Translations under genes and position numbers: made by a program
Assembly (NCBI GenBank): GCA_951406725.2
Contig: OX597841.1
Span: forward strand, 22,258,001 to 22,322,000
DNA: 64,000 bases
Source of the DNA: Octopus vulgaris
Lineage: Eukaryota
Direction: 5' to 3'
Notes under the pieces: generated by a model
What the model saw: only the letters and a program-made list of their open reading frames with translations
What the model was told of the DNA's origin: nothing
Databases searched by the model: none
Shown here: positions 22,673-37,165 of the stretch, piece after piece
Numbering within the stretch: position 1 is the first letter of the stretch
How the letters are laid out: each line of letters begins with the position of its first letter

Positions 22673-24030
22673 AACTTAAACCTGATTTCTTTTACAACTT
22701 GCTGTCGATAAAATGACAAGAGCGGTCAAATACCTTTCCTGGAGACGTATTAAAGTGTCAATTCCAAAGATATTTTCATTTGGTTCTCGTTCATTTTTCC
22801 AAATTCAATTCCATATAAATACTTGAGAGTAATTTCCCTTCGTCAATAAAGATCCAGGTGATTAAACGGGAAGGCGGCCCTAAATTCCGGTCTGAAAGCT
22901 ATGTCCCACAGAGATGACAAGAATTAAAGCACCTCTCTGTTTCGTTTAGACAAATCTGAAGCTAGTACAAGATTTAAGACGGCATTCCTTCGACATAATT
23001 CGACAAAAGTCAAACCATTTCACTTTGGGTATTTTCCGTGGAAGCAAATGACAATTCGATTCTGTTTGCAAATTTTCGGATTTTACATACACACATGAAA
23101 CGGGTGTAGAACGAATATGCAAGGCTTTCTTTCTTCGAGTTTATACCCTTATGACTTCTGGTCATTATGGAGGAAAGCAACGTCGGGTATCTTTAATTCT
23201 ACAACAAGAACTGTATGTGGGAATGAGTAGCTTCCAGAAAGCACGCGATCCACTAAGTAAAAATCGGAAAAAAAACCCAGGATTTTACAACATTCAGAGT
23301 TCTGAAATGTCCTTTAGAATAATTCTGGCTAAAACCTACAATGATATCAGTTGAAATCTTTCTAAGCAATGCCAATAGTGGAAAAAAAAGGCGAAATTAC
23401 TCATTTTGCCCCGCTTATTAATTTCGTCCCATTCCCCACACCAAGAACCAAACATTCGATGAATTATAAAAAAGCATTCTTTATAACATCCCACGGAAGT
23501 TTCCAGAAGAGTTCTGAAATGTCGTTTAGAATAATTCTGGCTAAAACCTACAATGATTTCAGTTGAAATCTATCTAACTAATATCAACAGTGTAAAAGTG
23601 AGGCGAAATTACTCATTTTGCCCCGCTTACTAATGTCGTCCCCTCTCTTTATCAAGAAACAAACATTCAATATATTATAATAAAGCATTGGTTTTTCAAC
23701 ATTCCTGTGGTTGGAGTTTATTCGGGAATACTTCCCAAACTAAAACACAACAAACGAACGTGGAAACGATGGCGCGTGTAGGAAGAAATGAGGAATTACT
23801 CATTTTGCCCCACCTACCAATTTTGTCCCCTTCCCATTGGTTTCTCAGCATTTCTGTGGTTGGAGTTTATTTTAAGAATATTTCTCCACCTAAAACACAC
23901 AACAAACAAACTTAAAGAAGAAACGATGGAGCGTGTAGGAGGTTGCCGCCATAGCTAGAAATAGCAGCCAAATGTGGAACAAAATCTGATTCACAAAGTA
24001 TCGAAAGGTTAAATGTTTTCGTTGTTTAAT

Positions 24031-24215
24031 ACTTACGCAAATGTCTTTATAAAGGATGGTGTTGTTGTTGTTATGAGTGCATCAGGTGGGAGAGAAATGT
24101 ATTATAAATGTGCTTGGGAGTGAATTGAGAGAAATTCTGGCGCCAAACAAAGCTTGTCAAGATGTAATAAATAGAAGCGGAAATAGGTTTAGTGCGCATG
24201 CGTATGTAATAGTTG
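24031..24215 (-). promoter_or_regulatory. Putative promoter/first exon of gene C
   Basis: Donor 24031-24036, TGCGCATGCG 24193-24202. Confidence 0.65.
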
Positions 24216-24877
24216 TGCGTGATATTCACATTTTGGCACAAGGCCAGCAATTTCAGGGGAGGGGAGGGTGCGTGAGTCGATTACGGCGGACCTCAGTTGT
24301 TAACTGGTATTTATTTTATTGAACCCCAGCAAAAAGGTGAAAGGCAAACTTTATTTGGATCTTTTCGCTTTGACCGACAGATTTTAAAAATAATTTCCAC
24401 GTAACTAAACACTTTTAAACTTCGTATACTGGTAGAATGTGTTTATAAAACATCTTTTCCTCTTGGCTTTCTTGAGAAAATTCTGTAGTTTGTAAGCTAT
24501 TTGTTCTTTAATTTCGGCAATTTCAACCAATCAATGACGTCTATTCAGGTGAATACAATTTCTGCCGTAGTTTGTCAAAAACTTCCTGCACAGATACACA
24601 CATTACATATTATATATTCGTTTAAGAATCAGAATGGGAATCTTTTCGGTTTGAACGGCAGTTTTTTTAAATAATTTCCACGTAACTAAACACTTTTAAA
24701 CTTCGTATACTGGTAGAATGTGTTACATAAAATATCTCTTTCTCGTGGCTTTCTTGAGAAAATACTGTAGTTTGTAAGCTATTTGTTCTTTAATTTCTTG
24801 CATTTCGGCAATTTCAACCAATCAATGACGTCTATTGAGGTGAATACAATCTCTCCGGATCTTTGTCAACAATAATT

Positions 24878-25629
24878 TTTTGCGCTGTCAGCAATTAAAG
24901 CAAAGTCATTGGCATAGGGATGTTCCCAGGGTCATACTGTCTTGAATTCCTCCGTTATTACCTGGAGGACTATGATAAATAGGAGGGGGCTGAGGACTGA
25001 ACCTTGGTGGACCCCTACATCTACCCTGAATTCTTCAGCGTACTCGTTGCCAACCCTAACCTTAAGTGCAGCATCCCGTACATGGCTTGCACAGCTCTCA
25101 CTAACCATTCATCTATCCCTAGTTTCCTCATTGACCACCAGATAAGTGATCAGGGGACCCTGTCAAAGGCTTTCTCCATGTCAACGAAAGCGAGGTACAG
25201 GGGCTTATCTTTGGCTAGGTATTTCTCCTGCAGCTGTCTTAGCAGAAATATAGCATCAGTGGTGCTTTCCCCTGGCACGAAACCAAATTGCATCTCATCC
25301 AAACTGACTCTCTCCCTAATTAGTTGGGCTATGACCCTCTCCGTGACCATCATGACCTGATCCAACAGCTTGATACCTCTGTAATTATTTGTATCTAAAC
25401 CATCACCTTTACCTTTGTAGCAGTTGACTATGGTGCTGCTACACCAGTCGTTGGGTATGACTCCTTCGTGTATCACCTGGTTTACTGTATGGGTGACTAG
25501 GCTATAGCCGACACTGCCAGATATTTTGAGCATCTCTGCAGTAATTCCTGATGGGCCGGGGACTTTCCCTGTCTTCATACTTGTAATTGCCTTATCTATC
25601 AAGGTACTGACAACTCGGATAGCTGGTCA

Positions 25630-25633
<4 letters not shown>
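24878..25633 (-). mobile_element. RTE LINE RT relic (cassette D)
   Basis: Same fragment. Confidence 0.9.
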
Positions 25634-25664
<31 letters not shown>

Positions 25665-27803
25665 CTCATAACAATTCTGCTTGACGTTGTTACTTAACCC
25701 TTTCATTACTGTATTTATTTTGAGATGCTCTGTGTTACTTTCAATTACTTTAAATATAACAAAGAATTTAGTAAAATAACTTAGTTATCATTCAGCTAGT
25801 GTTAGGAACATAAATTGTGACTAAGGTTTGGTGGAAGATTTTAACTCAAAACTTGTGAAAACAAAACATTTGTACTTAGAGCCAGAGCCGGTTTCAGCCG
25901 GGTTGGTAATGAAAGGGCTAAATGTTAAGTAGCAATAAAATACATCACTAAGGAAAGCTGTTGTTCTGGCTGTCAACTTGTGAGGTGTTATTGTTTTCAA
26001 CTAAGAACCATAGAATTTGCTATGGGAAAATTGAAGATTTGATTTCGATTTTAGTGCTAGCTTGTTTGCAAGGAAAATTTATCCCACGTGTTTTGTTACA
26101 GCTTGTTTAATAAATCGAGAGGTATTTATTATAGGAAAATGAATGTGGTATTTCCCTTGTCTGTTAAAGGAAAATATATTGGTTATATATGTGGATCCCT
26201 TCCAGGGGCTGTAGCCATATAATTATAGATTTTTTATTAAACTTCAATGAATGTTACTTTAACATATTTGCAATGTTTCACAGAATTTCAACAGGTGTAG
26301 ACAGCAAATTGATACAAACAACTTGTATAAGATGTTATATATTACATCTCATATAAAATCCATTCTATCTGTGTGTGTGTGTGTATGGCTTCTAGGATCT
26401 CTGGCATCTGCCTGTCGGGCACGAAAATACCTTTGAAAGCAATGAAGTCATAAAAGAATCATCCATAACTTGCAGTAAGCAACATTTATTAAAATAAAAG
26501 TATTCAGAACACAGAAAACATGTAACAAAAACAATTTGCAAACATATTTACATTCCTATATAACAGTTAAGAACATCACCATTATTGTATTACGCATGCG
26601 CGGAAGTGTTTGTTCGACTAGGTACTGCTGGCTTAATTACACACGACTCTAGTCAGAGAAGGGGTGCGTATTATACACAAGGTTTAGGTTTTTCAGAGGT
26701 ACAGCTCCCTAAAAATCCCCTGCATATTATACTCAAGGATTTACGGTACTCCTTTCAGTCGAATACTTCTTTGCAGACTATGTTGTTTGTGTAAGTTCTC
26801 CCTCTTCTTTCCCTGTTCTTGTCAGTCTTGTTAAATTTAACCCTCACATCAGATCATTTGCGAGACCTTCAGAATGCAACATACAGCTGACCATGGTTGA
26901 ATACAGGTTCAGGCAAGAATGGCCCCACTTTATGAAATGTCTGCCCTTGTAAGCTTTATTGATAGTCATTGCATGACAGGTGAACAGGAGTCTGGTTTCT
27001 TTCTAAAAAGAATGGCAAGTTTGGGATGCGCATGTGTCAAGTGATAGGTAATACAAAAAACTTGGTTCAATTAAAAACAAAAGCAGTTTTCTTTTCACTA
27101 TGCACTCACCATTGTCACCACCACCACCACCACCCTCTGTCTTTCTGTCTTTTTTTAATCTCACCATCAGAACATCACCCCTCTACTGAAATTATATTCC
27201 TAACACTTTTCTGTATCACTTTGAACTGACTTTTTAATCATGTAATACATATTATGTACACCCCTGTCACACTTCATGCTTCTCACTCACTCTTTTTCTC
27301 TCTCTCCCCCTTTCTCTGATCATGTGAATGTGTTACCCTTTCGTTACCAACCCGGCTGAAACTGGCTCTGGCTCTAAGTACAAATGTCTTGTTTTCATAA
27401 GTTTTGAGTTAAAATCTTCCACCAAACCTTAGTCACAATTTATGTTCCTAACACTAGCTGAATGATAACTAAGTTATTTTACTAAATCTTTCAACATCAA
27501 TGGAAATTGTAGCTGAGATACCAGTGCCGGTGGCACGTAAGAGAACCGTCCGAACGTGGCCGTTGCCAGCGCCGCCCCGACTGGCCTCCGTGCCATGACA
27601 TGGCCAGCTGCCAGCCTCGTCTGGCACCTGTGCAGGTGGCACGTAAAAAGCACCCACTACACTCTCAGAGTGGTTGGCGTTAGGAAGGGTAACCAGCTAT
27701 AGAAACACTGCCAGATCATCTAGGCCTGGCACAGCCTCCTGGCTTCCCAGACCCCAGTTGAACTGCCCAATCCATGCTAGCATGGAACAACAGACGTTAA
27801 ACG

Positions 27804-28499
27804 ATGATGATGATGATGACTTCAGTCAAAATAGTGAACTTTATTAAGTCAAAGACTTTGCAATCGCGCCTATTTGAGAAGTTGTGCAAAGAGATGAGAA
27901 GCGATCATAAATCACTTCTTTTGCACACAGAAATACGATGGCTCCCTAGGGGGCAAGTGTTAACAAGACTTGCAGAACTCCACGAAGAAGTAGCTATATT
28001 TCTAGAAGATAAAAGCGATTTTGCTAAATATTTGCGTGACGAAGAATTTGTTCTGAGGCTTACGTATTTAGCAGATATTTTTTCGAAATTAAACGACCTG
28101 AATTTGTATTTACAAGGAACAGAAGGTATCAGTATATTTGCAATTCATGAGAAAATTCGAGGTTTTATGAAAAAACTTGTCTTGTGGAAAAATTGTATTA
28201 ACAAGCGAAATTATGACCGTTTTGAAACATTTGAAATTTTTGTAATGGAGAATAAAGCAAAAGTTGATGATGGTATAATCATTGAGATATCTGAACACTT
28301 GAATAAGTTAAATGAAAGTTTTGAATTTTATTTTCATAAAGTGATGAATACTATACAACAGAAAAGATGGATTATGAACCCCTTTCAGCCTGACGTGACG
28401 ACTGGAATATCAACAAAAGCCGGTGAGGAACTTATTGATTTATCCGAAGACTCTTCCTTGAAAATGACTTTTAACACAGGAATATGGTGTCTCTCCTGA
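27804..28499 (+). mobile_element. hAT transposase fragment, open 231-aa ORF (cassette D)
   Basis: Near-identical to 3341-4036. Confidence 0.88.
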
Positions 28500-28761
28500 A
28501 TGAAAATGTTTGTGAGAAGTTAAGCACTACTTTGAGAGAAAGATTTAATAATAATAATAATAATAATAATAATTGTGTACAGTGCTCAGGTGCACTACAA
28601 CTCATCTAAAGTGTATGTATAATCAGGTGTAGTTTCGGCGGATTTCGGAAAGCATTAAAGGATGCAGTGTCATGGCAGTCAACAACTGACGCAGGCAGTT
28701 TATTCCATGCTTCAGCAACTCTGAGCGTGAAAAAATGTTTCCGAAAGTCATGATATGGTTT

Positions 28762-29667
28762 CTATCCTATATGAACAAGTATGTGAGAATTTAAAACACT
28801 TCGGTCAGAGAATGAGGTACCACAGACATCACAGGGATAAGGCTTCTCTCCTGTATGAATACGTATGTGCGTAGTCAAGTTACCTTTTCGAGAGAATGAT
28901 TTACCACAAGTGTCACAGTGAAATAGCTTCTCCCCTGTATGAACACTTATGTGAGAGTTTAAAGCAGTCTGGTCAGAGAATGATGTACCACAGACATCAC
29001 AACGATAAGGCTTCTCCCCTGTATGAATACGTTTGTGTCTAGTCAAGTTATTACTTTGAGGGAAAGATTTACCACAGATGTCACAGTGAAATGGTTTCTC
29101 CCCTGTATGAACACGTATGTGTGAATTAAAAGCACTTCGGCCAAGGAATGATGCAAAACAGACATCACAGTGATATGGCTTCTCTCCAGTATGAATACGT
29201 TGGTGTGTAGTCAAGCTACCTTTTCTAGGGAATGATTTACCGCAGATGTCACAGTGAAATAGCTTCTCCCCTGTATGAACAAGTATGTGAGAGTTTAAAG
29301 CACTCTGGTCAGAGAATGATGTACCACAGACATCACAACGATAAGGCTTCTCCCCTGTATGAATACGTTTGTGTCTAGTCAAGTTATTACTTTGAGGGAA
29401 AGATTTACCACAGATGTCGCAGTGAAATGGCTTCTCCCCTGTATGAATACGTTGGTGTGTAGTCAAGTTAATTTTTTTAGAGAATGATTTACCACAGGTG
29501 TCACAGTGAAATGGCTTCTCCCCTGTATGAACACGTTTGTGCATATTTAAGCGACCCTTTTTTGAGAAAGACTTTTTACAGACATCACAGTCATGTGACA
29601 ATTTTTGTTTCCCCTCTTCTCTATCTTCAGGAAAAATCAGTTCCTTTAGATTCTCACTCTTTTCCAT
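28762..29667 (-). CDS. C2H2 zinc-finger protein D, 301 aa, 10 fingers
   Basis: Ends nearly identical to C but 13 fewer fingers. Confidence 0.9.
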   Translation of the reverse strand: MEKSENLKELIFPEDREEGKQKLSHDCDVCKKSFSKKGRLNMHKRVHTGEKPFHCDTCGKSFSKKINLTTHQRIHTGEKPFHCDICGKSFPQSNNLTRHKRIHTGEKPYRCDVCGTSFSDQSALNSHILVHTGEKLFHCDICGKSFPRKGSLTTHQRIHTGEKPYHCDVCFASFLGRSAFNSHIRVHTGEKPFHCDICGKSFPQSNNLTRHKRIHTGEKPYRCDVCGTSFSDQTALNSHISVHTGEKLFHCDTCGKSFSRKGNLTTHIRIHTGEKPYPCDVCGTSFSDRSVLNSHILVHIG

Positions 29668-30612
29668 TATTTTTCTTCAAAAATCACAGTATATAATCTT
29701 TTTTCACCTTTTCGCTTCCATAGTGTTTTGTTTCCAAATATTTCAACTGCTGTATTTCTGTCCATTGTTAATTTTGTCCCAAAACATTTTACTAAAATAA
29801 TCCAAGTTTAATTCTTACACAGACTTATCTTGTGGACACTCCAGCCAGTGATATCCAGAAGGTTTGCTAATAACACAATTCAGAGTAAATATATCAGAGG
29901 AATTCCACCACAGATTTATAGAAACAATCTTATATATCTGTTCTGTACAATATTTCCATTTTGGTCTTTAAAAGATGATAAATAATGAGAATGTATCTTC
30001 AGTTATGCCAATGTCATCTGATATTCTGAAAGAATAAAGAAACAACAGTGTAAGATATGGAGGCTACTTAAAAAAATACAGATTCAACATTTCCATAAAG
30101 ATAAACTCTAGAAACAAACATTTAACTGAACAACAGAACTTTCTAATTTATTAGAATTTACATGAGAAAATCTTGTGTGAAGCTAACATATTTGTAAACT
30201 CCAGCTACACATTCACACACGTTTATATATATATATACTCTTCCTTGTGTTAGTTGTTTTGACTGTGGCTATACTGGAGCATCACCTTAGAGGGTGTTAG
30301 TTGATCAAATCAACCCTAGGACTTCATTTTTTAGCCTAGTACATATATTGGCCTCTTTTGTGAAACCACTAAATTATGGGGACACAAACATACGAACACT
30401 GGTTATGAAGTGTTGGTGGGGCGTCAAACAGTCACAAAGATATATATGCATATATACATAAATACTCATTAATATACATATATATATATATATATATATA
30501 TTGGGCTTCTTTCAGTTTCCATCTACCAAATCCAATGACAAGGATTTAGTCGGCTAATGTCTATTGTATAAAATACTTGCCTAAGTAGGTTCGCAGTGGG
30601 ACTGAACCTGGA

Positions 30613-30651
<39 letters not shown>

Positions 30652-32989
30652 TTACACGTTAATATATACGTACGTGTATGTATATACATGTGTGTGTATG
30701 TGAAGGTTTTGGGGTTAGTGGTGTGAGCAATCAGCTCCTAATAAGGTCATAATTTCAATTCCCAGCAGTGTGCTGTGTTGTTGAGCAAGACATGTTGCTC
30801 CAGGTTCACTCAGCTGACAAAAGTGAATTGTACCAGTAATTTGAAGGGCCAGCCTTATCACATTAGTAAGGTGGATCAGAATTGGGTAGAAAGTTGAGGG
30901 AAAATTTGCTGAAAATAAAAAGGAGGTGGCACCCGACTGTGTTATGGACAGCAACTGGAAGAAGTAGGATGGCCAATTTCTAGTGGTAAATATAAAGTGA
31001 AGGAGAAAATACAAAAATAAAAAAAGGGGGTTACTCATTTTGCCCCACTTACTAATTTTGGTTCCCTTTCTCTATATCAAGAAACAAACATAGGATGCAG
31101 AAAGTGATGTAGATGTTCTTCGGTTTCTATTTGGCTGTCTTCATATTTATTATGGTTGAATGAGATATTCCCACAAAGATATTATATTTAAATTGACCTA
31201 ATATGTTGGGATTGACATGTGCCCTTCATTTAACCATCTTACAAACAATAACTCTGAGCACCTTTTCGAACTCCACCCGTCTAACACCCGTGGACATATT
31301 TACAAAGTCAGAAAACAGCACAGCTCCCATGACTTCAGGAAACATTTTTTCACGCTGAGAGATGCTCAAACATGGAACAAACTGCCGGCATCAGTTGTTT
31401 GTTGTCGGAGCATTGCATCCTTCAAAACTTCCTGAGATTCGCCAACGCTACACCTGATTTTCTCCCCTCCATATACACGCAAGCATGTATCTGACTCATA
31501 CATTGTTCGCTTCCCAGACATTTGTACATCACTGCATACACTTCATTACACACTTTTGACAAGTTGTGGTGCACCTGAGCACTGTATACAATAATTTCAT
31601 TATTATAACTTAAACCTGATTTCTTTTACAACTTGCTGTCGATAAAATGACAAGAGCGGTCAAATACCTTTCCTGGAGACGTATTAAAGTGTCAATTCCA
31701 AAGATATTTTCATTTGGTTCTCGTTCATTTTTCCAAATTCAATTCCATATAAATACTTGAGAGTAATTTCCCTTCGTCAATAAAGATCCAGGTGATTAAA
31801 CGGGAAGGCGGCCCTAAATTCCGGTCTGAAAGCTATGTCCCACAGAGATGACAAGAATTAAAGCACCTCTCTGTTTCGTTTAGACAAATCTGAAGCTAGT
31901 ACAAGATTTAAGACGGCATTCCTTCGACATAATTCGACAAAAGTCAAACCATTTCACTTTGGGTATTTTCCGTGGAAGCAAATGACAATTCGATTCTGTT
32001 TGGAAATTTTCGGATTTTACATACACACATGAAACGGGTGTAGAACGAATATGCAAGGCTTTCTTTCTTCGAGTTTATACCCTTATGACTTCTGGTCATT
32101 ATGGAGGAAAGCAACGTCGGGTATCTTTAATTCTACAACAAGAACTGTATGTGGGAATGAGTAGCTTCCAGAAAGCACGATCCACTAAGTAAAAATCGGA
32201 AAAAAAACCCAGGATTTTACAACATTCAGAGTTCTGAAATGTCCTTTAGAATAATTCTGGCTAAAACCTACAATGATATCAGTTGAAATCTTTCTAAGCA
32301 ATGCCAATAGTGGAAAAAAAAGGCGAAATTACTCATTTTGCCCCGCTTATTAATTTCGTCCCATTCCCCACACCAAGAACCAAACATTCGATGAATTATA
32401 AAAAAGCATTCTTTATAACATCCCACGGAAGTTTCCAGAAGAGTTCTGAAATGTCGTTTAGAATAATTCTGGCTAAAAAATCTTTCTACAATGATTTCAG
32501 TTGAAATCTATCTAACTAAATATCAACAGTGTAAAAGTTCTGAGTCGCGAAATTGATTTCTCATTTTGCCCATTTTGCCCGCTTACTAATGTCGTCCCCT
32601 CTCTCTTTATCAAGAAACAAACATTATAATATATTATAATAAAGCATTGGTTTTTCAACATTCCTGTGGTTGGAGTTTATTCGGGAATACTTCCCAAACT
32701 AAAACACAACAAACGAACATGGAAACGATGGCGCGTGTAGGAAGAAATGAGGAATTACTCATTTTGCCCCACCTACCAATTTTGTCCCCTTCCCATTGGT
32801 TTCTCAGCATTTCTGTGGTTGGAGTTTATTTTAAGAATATTTCTCCACCTAAAACACACAACAAACAAACTTAAAGAAGAAACGATGGAGCGTGTAGGAG
32901 GTTGCCGCCATAGCTAGAAATAGCAGCCAAATGTGGAACAAAATCTGATTCACAAAGTATCGAAAGGTTAAATGTTTTCGTTGTTTAAT

Positions 32990-33175
32990 ACTTACGCAAA
33001 TGTCTTTATAAAGGATGGTGTTGTTGTTGTTATGAGTGCATCAGGTGGGAGAGAAATGTATTATAAATGTGCTTGGGAGTGAATTGAGAGAAATTCTGGC
33101 GCCAAACAAAGCTTGTCAAGATGTAATAAATAGAAGCGGAAATAGGTTTAGTGCGCATGCGTATGTAATAGTTGT
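32990..33175 (-). promoter_or_regulatory. Putative promoter/first exon of gene D
   Basis: Donor 32990-32995, TGCGCATGCG 33152-33161. Confidence 0.65.
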
Positions 33176-33837
33176 GCGTGATATTCACATTTTGGCACAA
33201 GGCCAGCAATTTCAGGGGAGGGGAGGGTGCGTAAGTCGATTACGGCGGACCTCAGTTGTTAACTGGTATTTATTTTATTGAACCCCAGCAAAAAGGTGAA
33301 AGGCAAACTTTATTTGGATCTTTTCGCTTTGACCGACAGATTTTAAAAATAATTTCCACGTAACTAAACACTTTTAAACTTCGTATACTGGTAGAATGTG
33401 TTTATAAAACATCTTTTCCTCTTGGCTTTCTTGAGAAAATTCTGTAGTTTGTAAGCTATTTGTTCTTTAATTTCGGCAATTTCAACCAATCAATGACGTC
33501 TATTCAGGTGAATACAATTTCTGCCGTAGTTTGTCAAAAACTTCCTGCACAGATACACACATTACATATTATATATTCGTTTAAGAATCAGAATGGGAAT
33601 CTTTTCGGTTTGAACGGCAGTTTTTTTAAATAATTTCCACGTAACTAAACACTTTTAAACTTCGTATACTGGTAGAATGTGTTACATAAAATATCTCTTT
33701 CTCGTGGCTTTCTTGAGAAAATACTGTAGTTTGTAAGCTATTTGTTCTTTAATTTCTTGCATTTCGGCAATTTCAATCAATCAATGACGTCTATTGAGGT
33801 GAATACAATCTCTCCGGATCTTTGTCAACAATAATTT

Positions 33838-34593
33838 TTTGCGCTGTCAGCAATTAAATCAAAGTCATTGGCATAGGGATGTTCCCAGGGTCATACTGTC
33901 TTGAATTCCTCTGTTATTACCTGGAGGACTATGATAAATAGGAGGGGGCTGAGGACTGAACCTTGGTGGACCCCTACCTCTACCCTGAATTTTTCACTGT
34001 ACTCGTTGCCAACCCTAACCTTAAGTGCAGCATCCCTGTACATGGCTTGCACGGTTCTCACTAACCATTCATCTATCCCTAGTTTCCTCATTGACCACCA
34101 GATAAGTGATCAGGGGACCCTGTCAAAGGCTTTCTCCATGTCAACGAAAGTGAGGTACAGGGGCTTATCTTTGGCTAGGTATTTCTCCTGCAGCTGTCCT
34201 ACCAGAAATATAGCATCAGTGGTGCTTTTCCCTGGCACGAAACCAAACTGCATTTCATCCAAACTGACTCTCTCCCTAATTAGTTGGGCTATGACCCTCT
34301 CCGTGACCATCATTATCTGATCCAACAACTTGATACCTCTGTAATTATTTGTATCTAAACCATCACCTTTACCTTTGTAGCAGTTGATTATGGTGCTGCT
34401 ACACCAGTCATTGGGTATGACTCCTTCGTGTATCACCTGGTTAACTGTACGGGTGACTAGCCTCTAGCCGACACTGCCAGATATTTTGAGCATCTCTGCA
34501 GTAATTCCTGATGGGCCGGGGACTTTCCCTGTCTTCATACTTGTAATTGCCTTATCTATCGAGGTACTGACAACTCGGATAGCTGGTCAGTAC
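33838..34593 (-). mobile_element. RTE LINE RT relic (cassette E)
   Basis: Same fragment. Confidence 0.9.
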
Positions 34594-36169
34594 ATATATA
34601 TATATATATATATATAAAATCTCATAACAATTCTGCTTGTCATTGTTACTTAACCCTTTCATTACTGTATTTATTTTGAGATGCTCTGTGTTACTTTCAA
34701 TTACTTTAAATATAACAAAGAATTTAGTAAAATAACTTAGTTATCATTCAGCTAGTGTTAGGAACATAAATTGTGACTAAGGTTTGGTGGAAGATTCTAA
34801 CTCAAAACTTATGAGAACAAAACATTTGTACTTAGAGCCAGAGCCAGTTTCAGCCGGGTTGGTAACGAAAGGGTAACACATTCACATGGTCAGAGAAAGG
34901 GGGAGAGAGAGAAAAAGAGTGAGTGAGAAGCATGAAGTGTGGCAGGGGAGTACGTAATATGTATTACATGATTAAAAAGTCAGTTCAAAGTGATACAGAA
35001 AAGTGTTAGGAATATAATTTCAGTAGAGGGGTGATGTTCTAATGGTGAGATTAAAAAAAGACAGAAAGAGAGAGGGTGGTGGTGGTGGTGGTGACAATGG
35101 TGAGTGCATAGTGAAAAGAAAACTGCTTTTGTTTTTAATTGAACTAAGTTTTTTTGTATTACCTATCACTTGACACATGCGCATCCCAAACTTGCCATTC
35201 TCTTTAGAAAGAAACCAGACTCCTGTTCACCTGTCATGCAATGACTATCAATAAAGCTTACAAGGGCAGACATTTCGTAAAGTGGGGCCATTCTTGCCTG
35301 AACCTGTATTCAACCATGGTCAGCTGTATGTTGCATTCTGAAGGTCTCGCAAATGATCTGATGTGAGGGTTAAATTTAACAAGACTGACAAGAACAGGGA
35401 AAGAAGAGGGAGAACTTACACAAACAACATAGTCTGCAAAGAAGTATTCGACTGAAAGGAGTACCGTAAATCCTTGAGTATAATATGCAGGGGATTTTTA
35501 GGGAGCTGTACCCCTGAAAAACCTAAACCTTGTGTATAATACGCACCCCTTCTCTAACTAGAGTCGTGCGTAATTAAGCCAGCAGTACCTAGTCGAACAA
35601 ACACTTCCGCGCATGCGTAATACAATAATGGTGATGTTCTTAACTGTTATATGGAAATGTAAATATGTTTGCAAATTGTTTTTGTTACATGTTTTCTGTG
35701 TTCTGAATACTTTTATTTTAATAAATGTTGCTTACTGCAAGTTATGGATGATTCTTTTATGACTTCATTGCTTTCAAAGGTATTTTCGTGCCCGACATTA
35801 GGCAGATGCCAGAGATCCTAGAAGCCATACACACACACACACAGATAGAATGGATTTTATATGAGATGTAATATATAACATCTTATACAAGTTGTTTGTA
35901 TCAATTTGCTGTCTACACCTGTTGAAATTCTGTGAAACTTTGCAAATATGTTAAAGTAACATTCAGTTTGTTACTAGGCTCATTGAAGTTTAATAAAAAA
36001 TCTATAATTATATGGCTACGGCCCCTGGAAGGGATCCACATATATAACCAATATATTTTCCTTTAACAGACAAAGGAAAGACCTCATTCATTTTCCTTTA
36101 ATAAATACCTCTCGATTTATTAAACAAGCTGTAATAAAAATGTGGGATAAATTTTCCTTGCAAACAAGC

Positions 36170-36663
36170 AAGATAAAAGCGATTTTGCGAAATATTTGCG
36201 TGACGAAGAATTTGTTCTGAGGCTTACGTATTTAGCAGATATTTTTTCGAAATTAAACGACCTGAATTTGTATTTACAACGAACAGAAGGTATCAGTATA
36301 TTTGCAATTCATGACAAAATTTGAGGTTTTATGAAAAAACTTGTCTTGTGGAAAAATTGTATTAACAAGCGAAATTATGACCGTTTTGAAACATTTGAAA
36401 TTTTTGTAATGGAGAATAAAGCAAAAGTTGATGATGGTATAATCATTGAGATATCTGAACACTTGAATAAGTTAAATGAAAGTTTTGAATTTTATTTTCA
36501 TAAAGAGATGAATACTATACAACAGAAAAGATGGATTATGAACCCCTTTCAGCCAGACGTGACGACTGGAATATCAACAAAAGCCGATGAGGAACTTATT
36601 GTTTTATCCGAAGACTCTTCCTTGAAAATGACTTTTAACACAGGAATATGGTGTCTCTCCTGA
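36170..36663 (+). pseudogene. hAT transposase fragment, 5'-deleted and disrupted (cassette E)
   Basis: Starts abruptly at aagataaaagcg; shares the TGA of cassette B. Confidence 0.85.
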
Positions 36664-36708
36664 ATGAAAATGTTTGTGAGAGGTTAAGCACTACTTTGAG
36701 AGAAAGAT

Positions 36709-36758
<50 letters not shown>

Positions 36759-37165
36759 TGTGTACAGTGCTCAGGTGCACTACAACTCATCTAAAGTGTA
36801 TATATAATCAGGTGTAGTTTCGGCGGATTTCGGAAAGCATGAGGGCCTTAAAGGATGCAGTGTCATGGCAGTCAACAACTGACGCAGGCAGTTTATTCCA
36901 TGCTTCAGCAACTCTGAGCGTGAAAAAATGTTTCCGAAAGTCGTGATATGGTTTCTATCCTATATGAACAAGTATGTGAGAATTTAAAAGACTTTGGTCA
37001 GAGAATGATTTACCACAGACTTCACAGGGATAAGGCTTCTCTCCTGTATGAATACGTATGTGCGAAGTCAAGTTACCTTTTCGAGAGAATGATTTACCAC
37101 AAGTGTCAAAGTGAAATAGCTTCTCCACTGTATGAACACTTATGTGAGAGTTTAAAGCACTCTGG

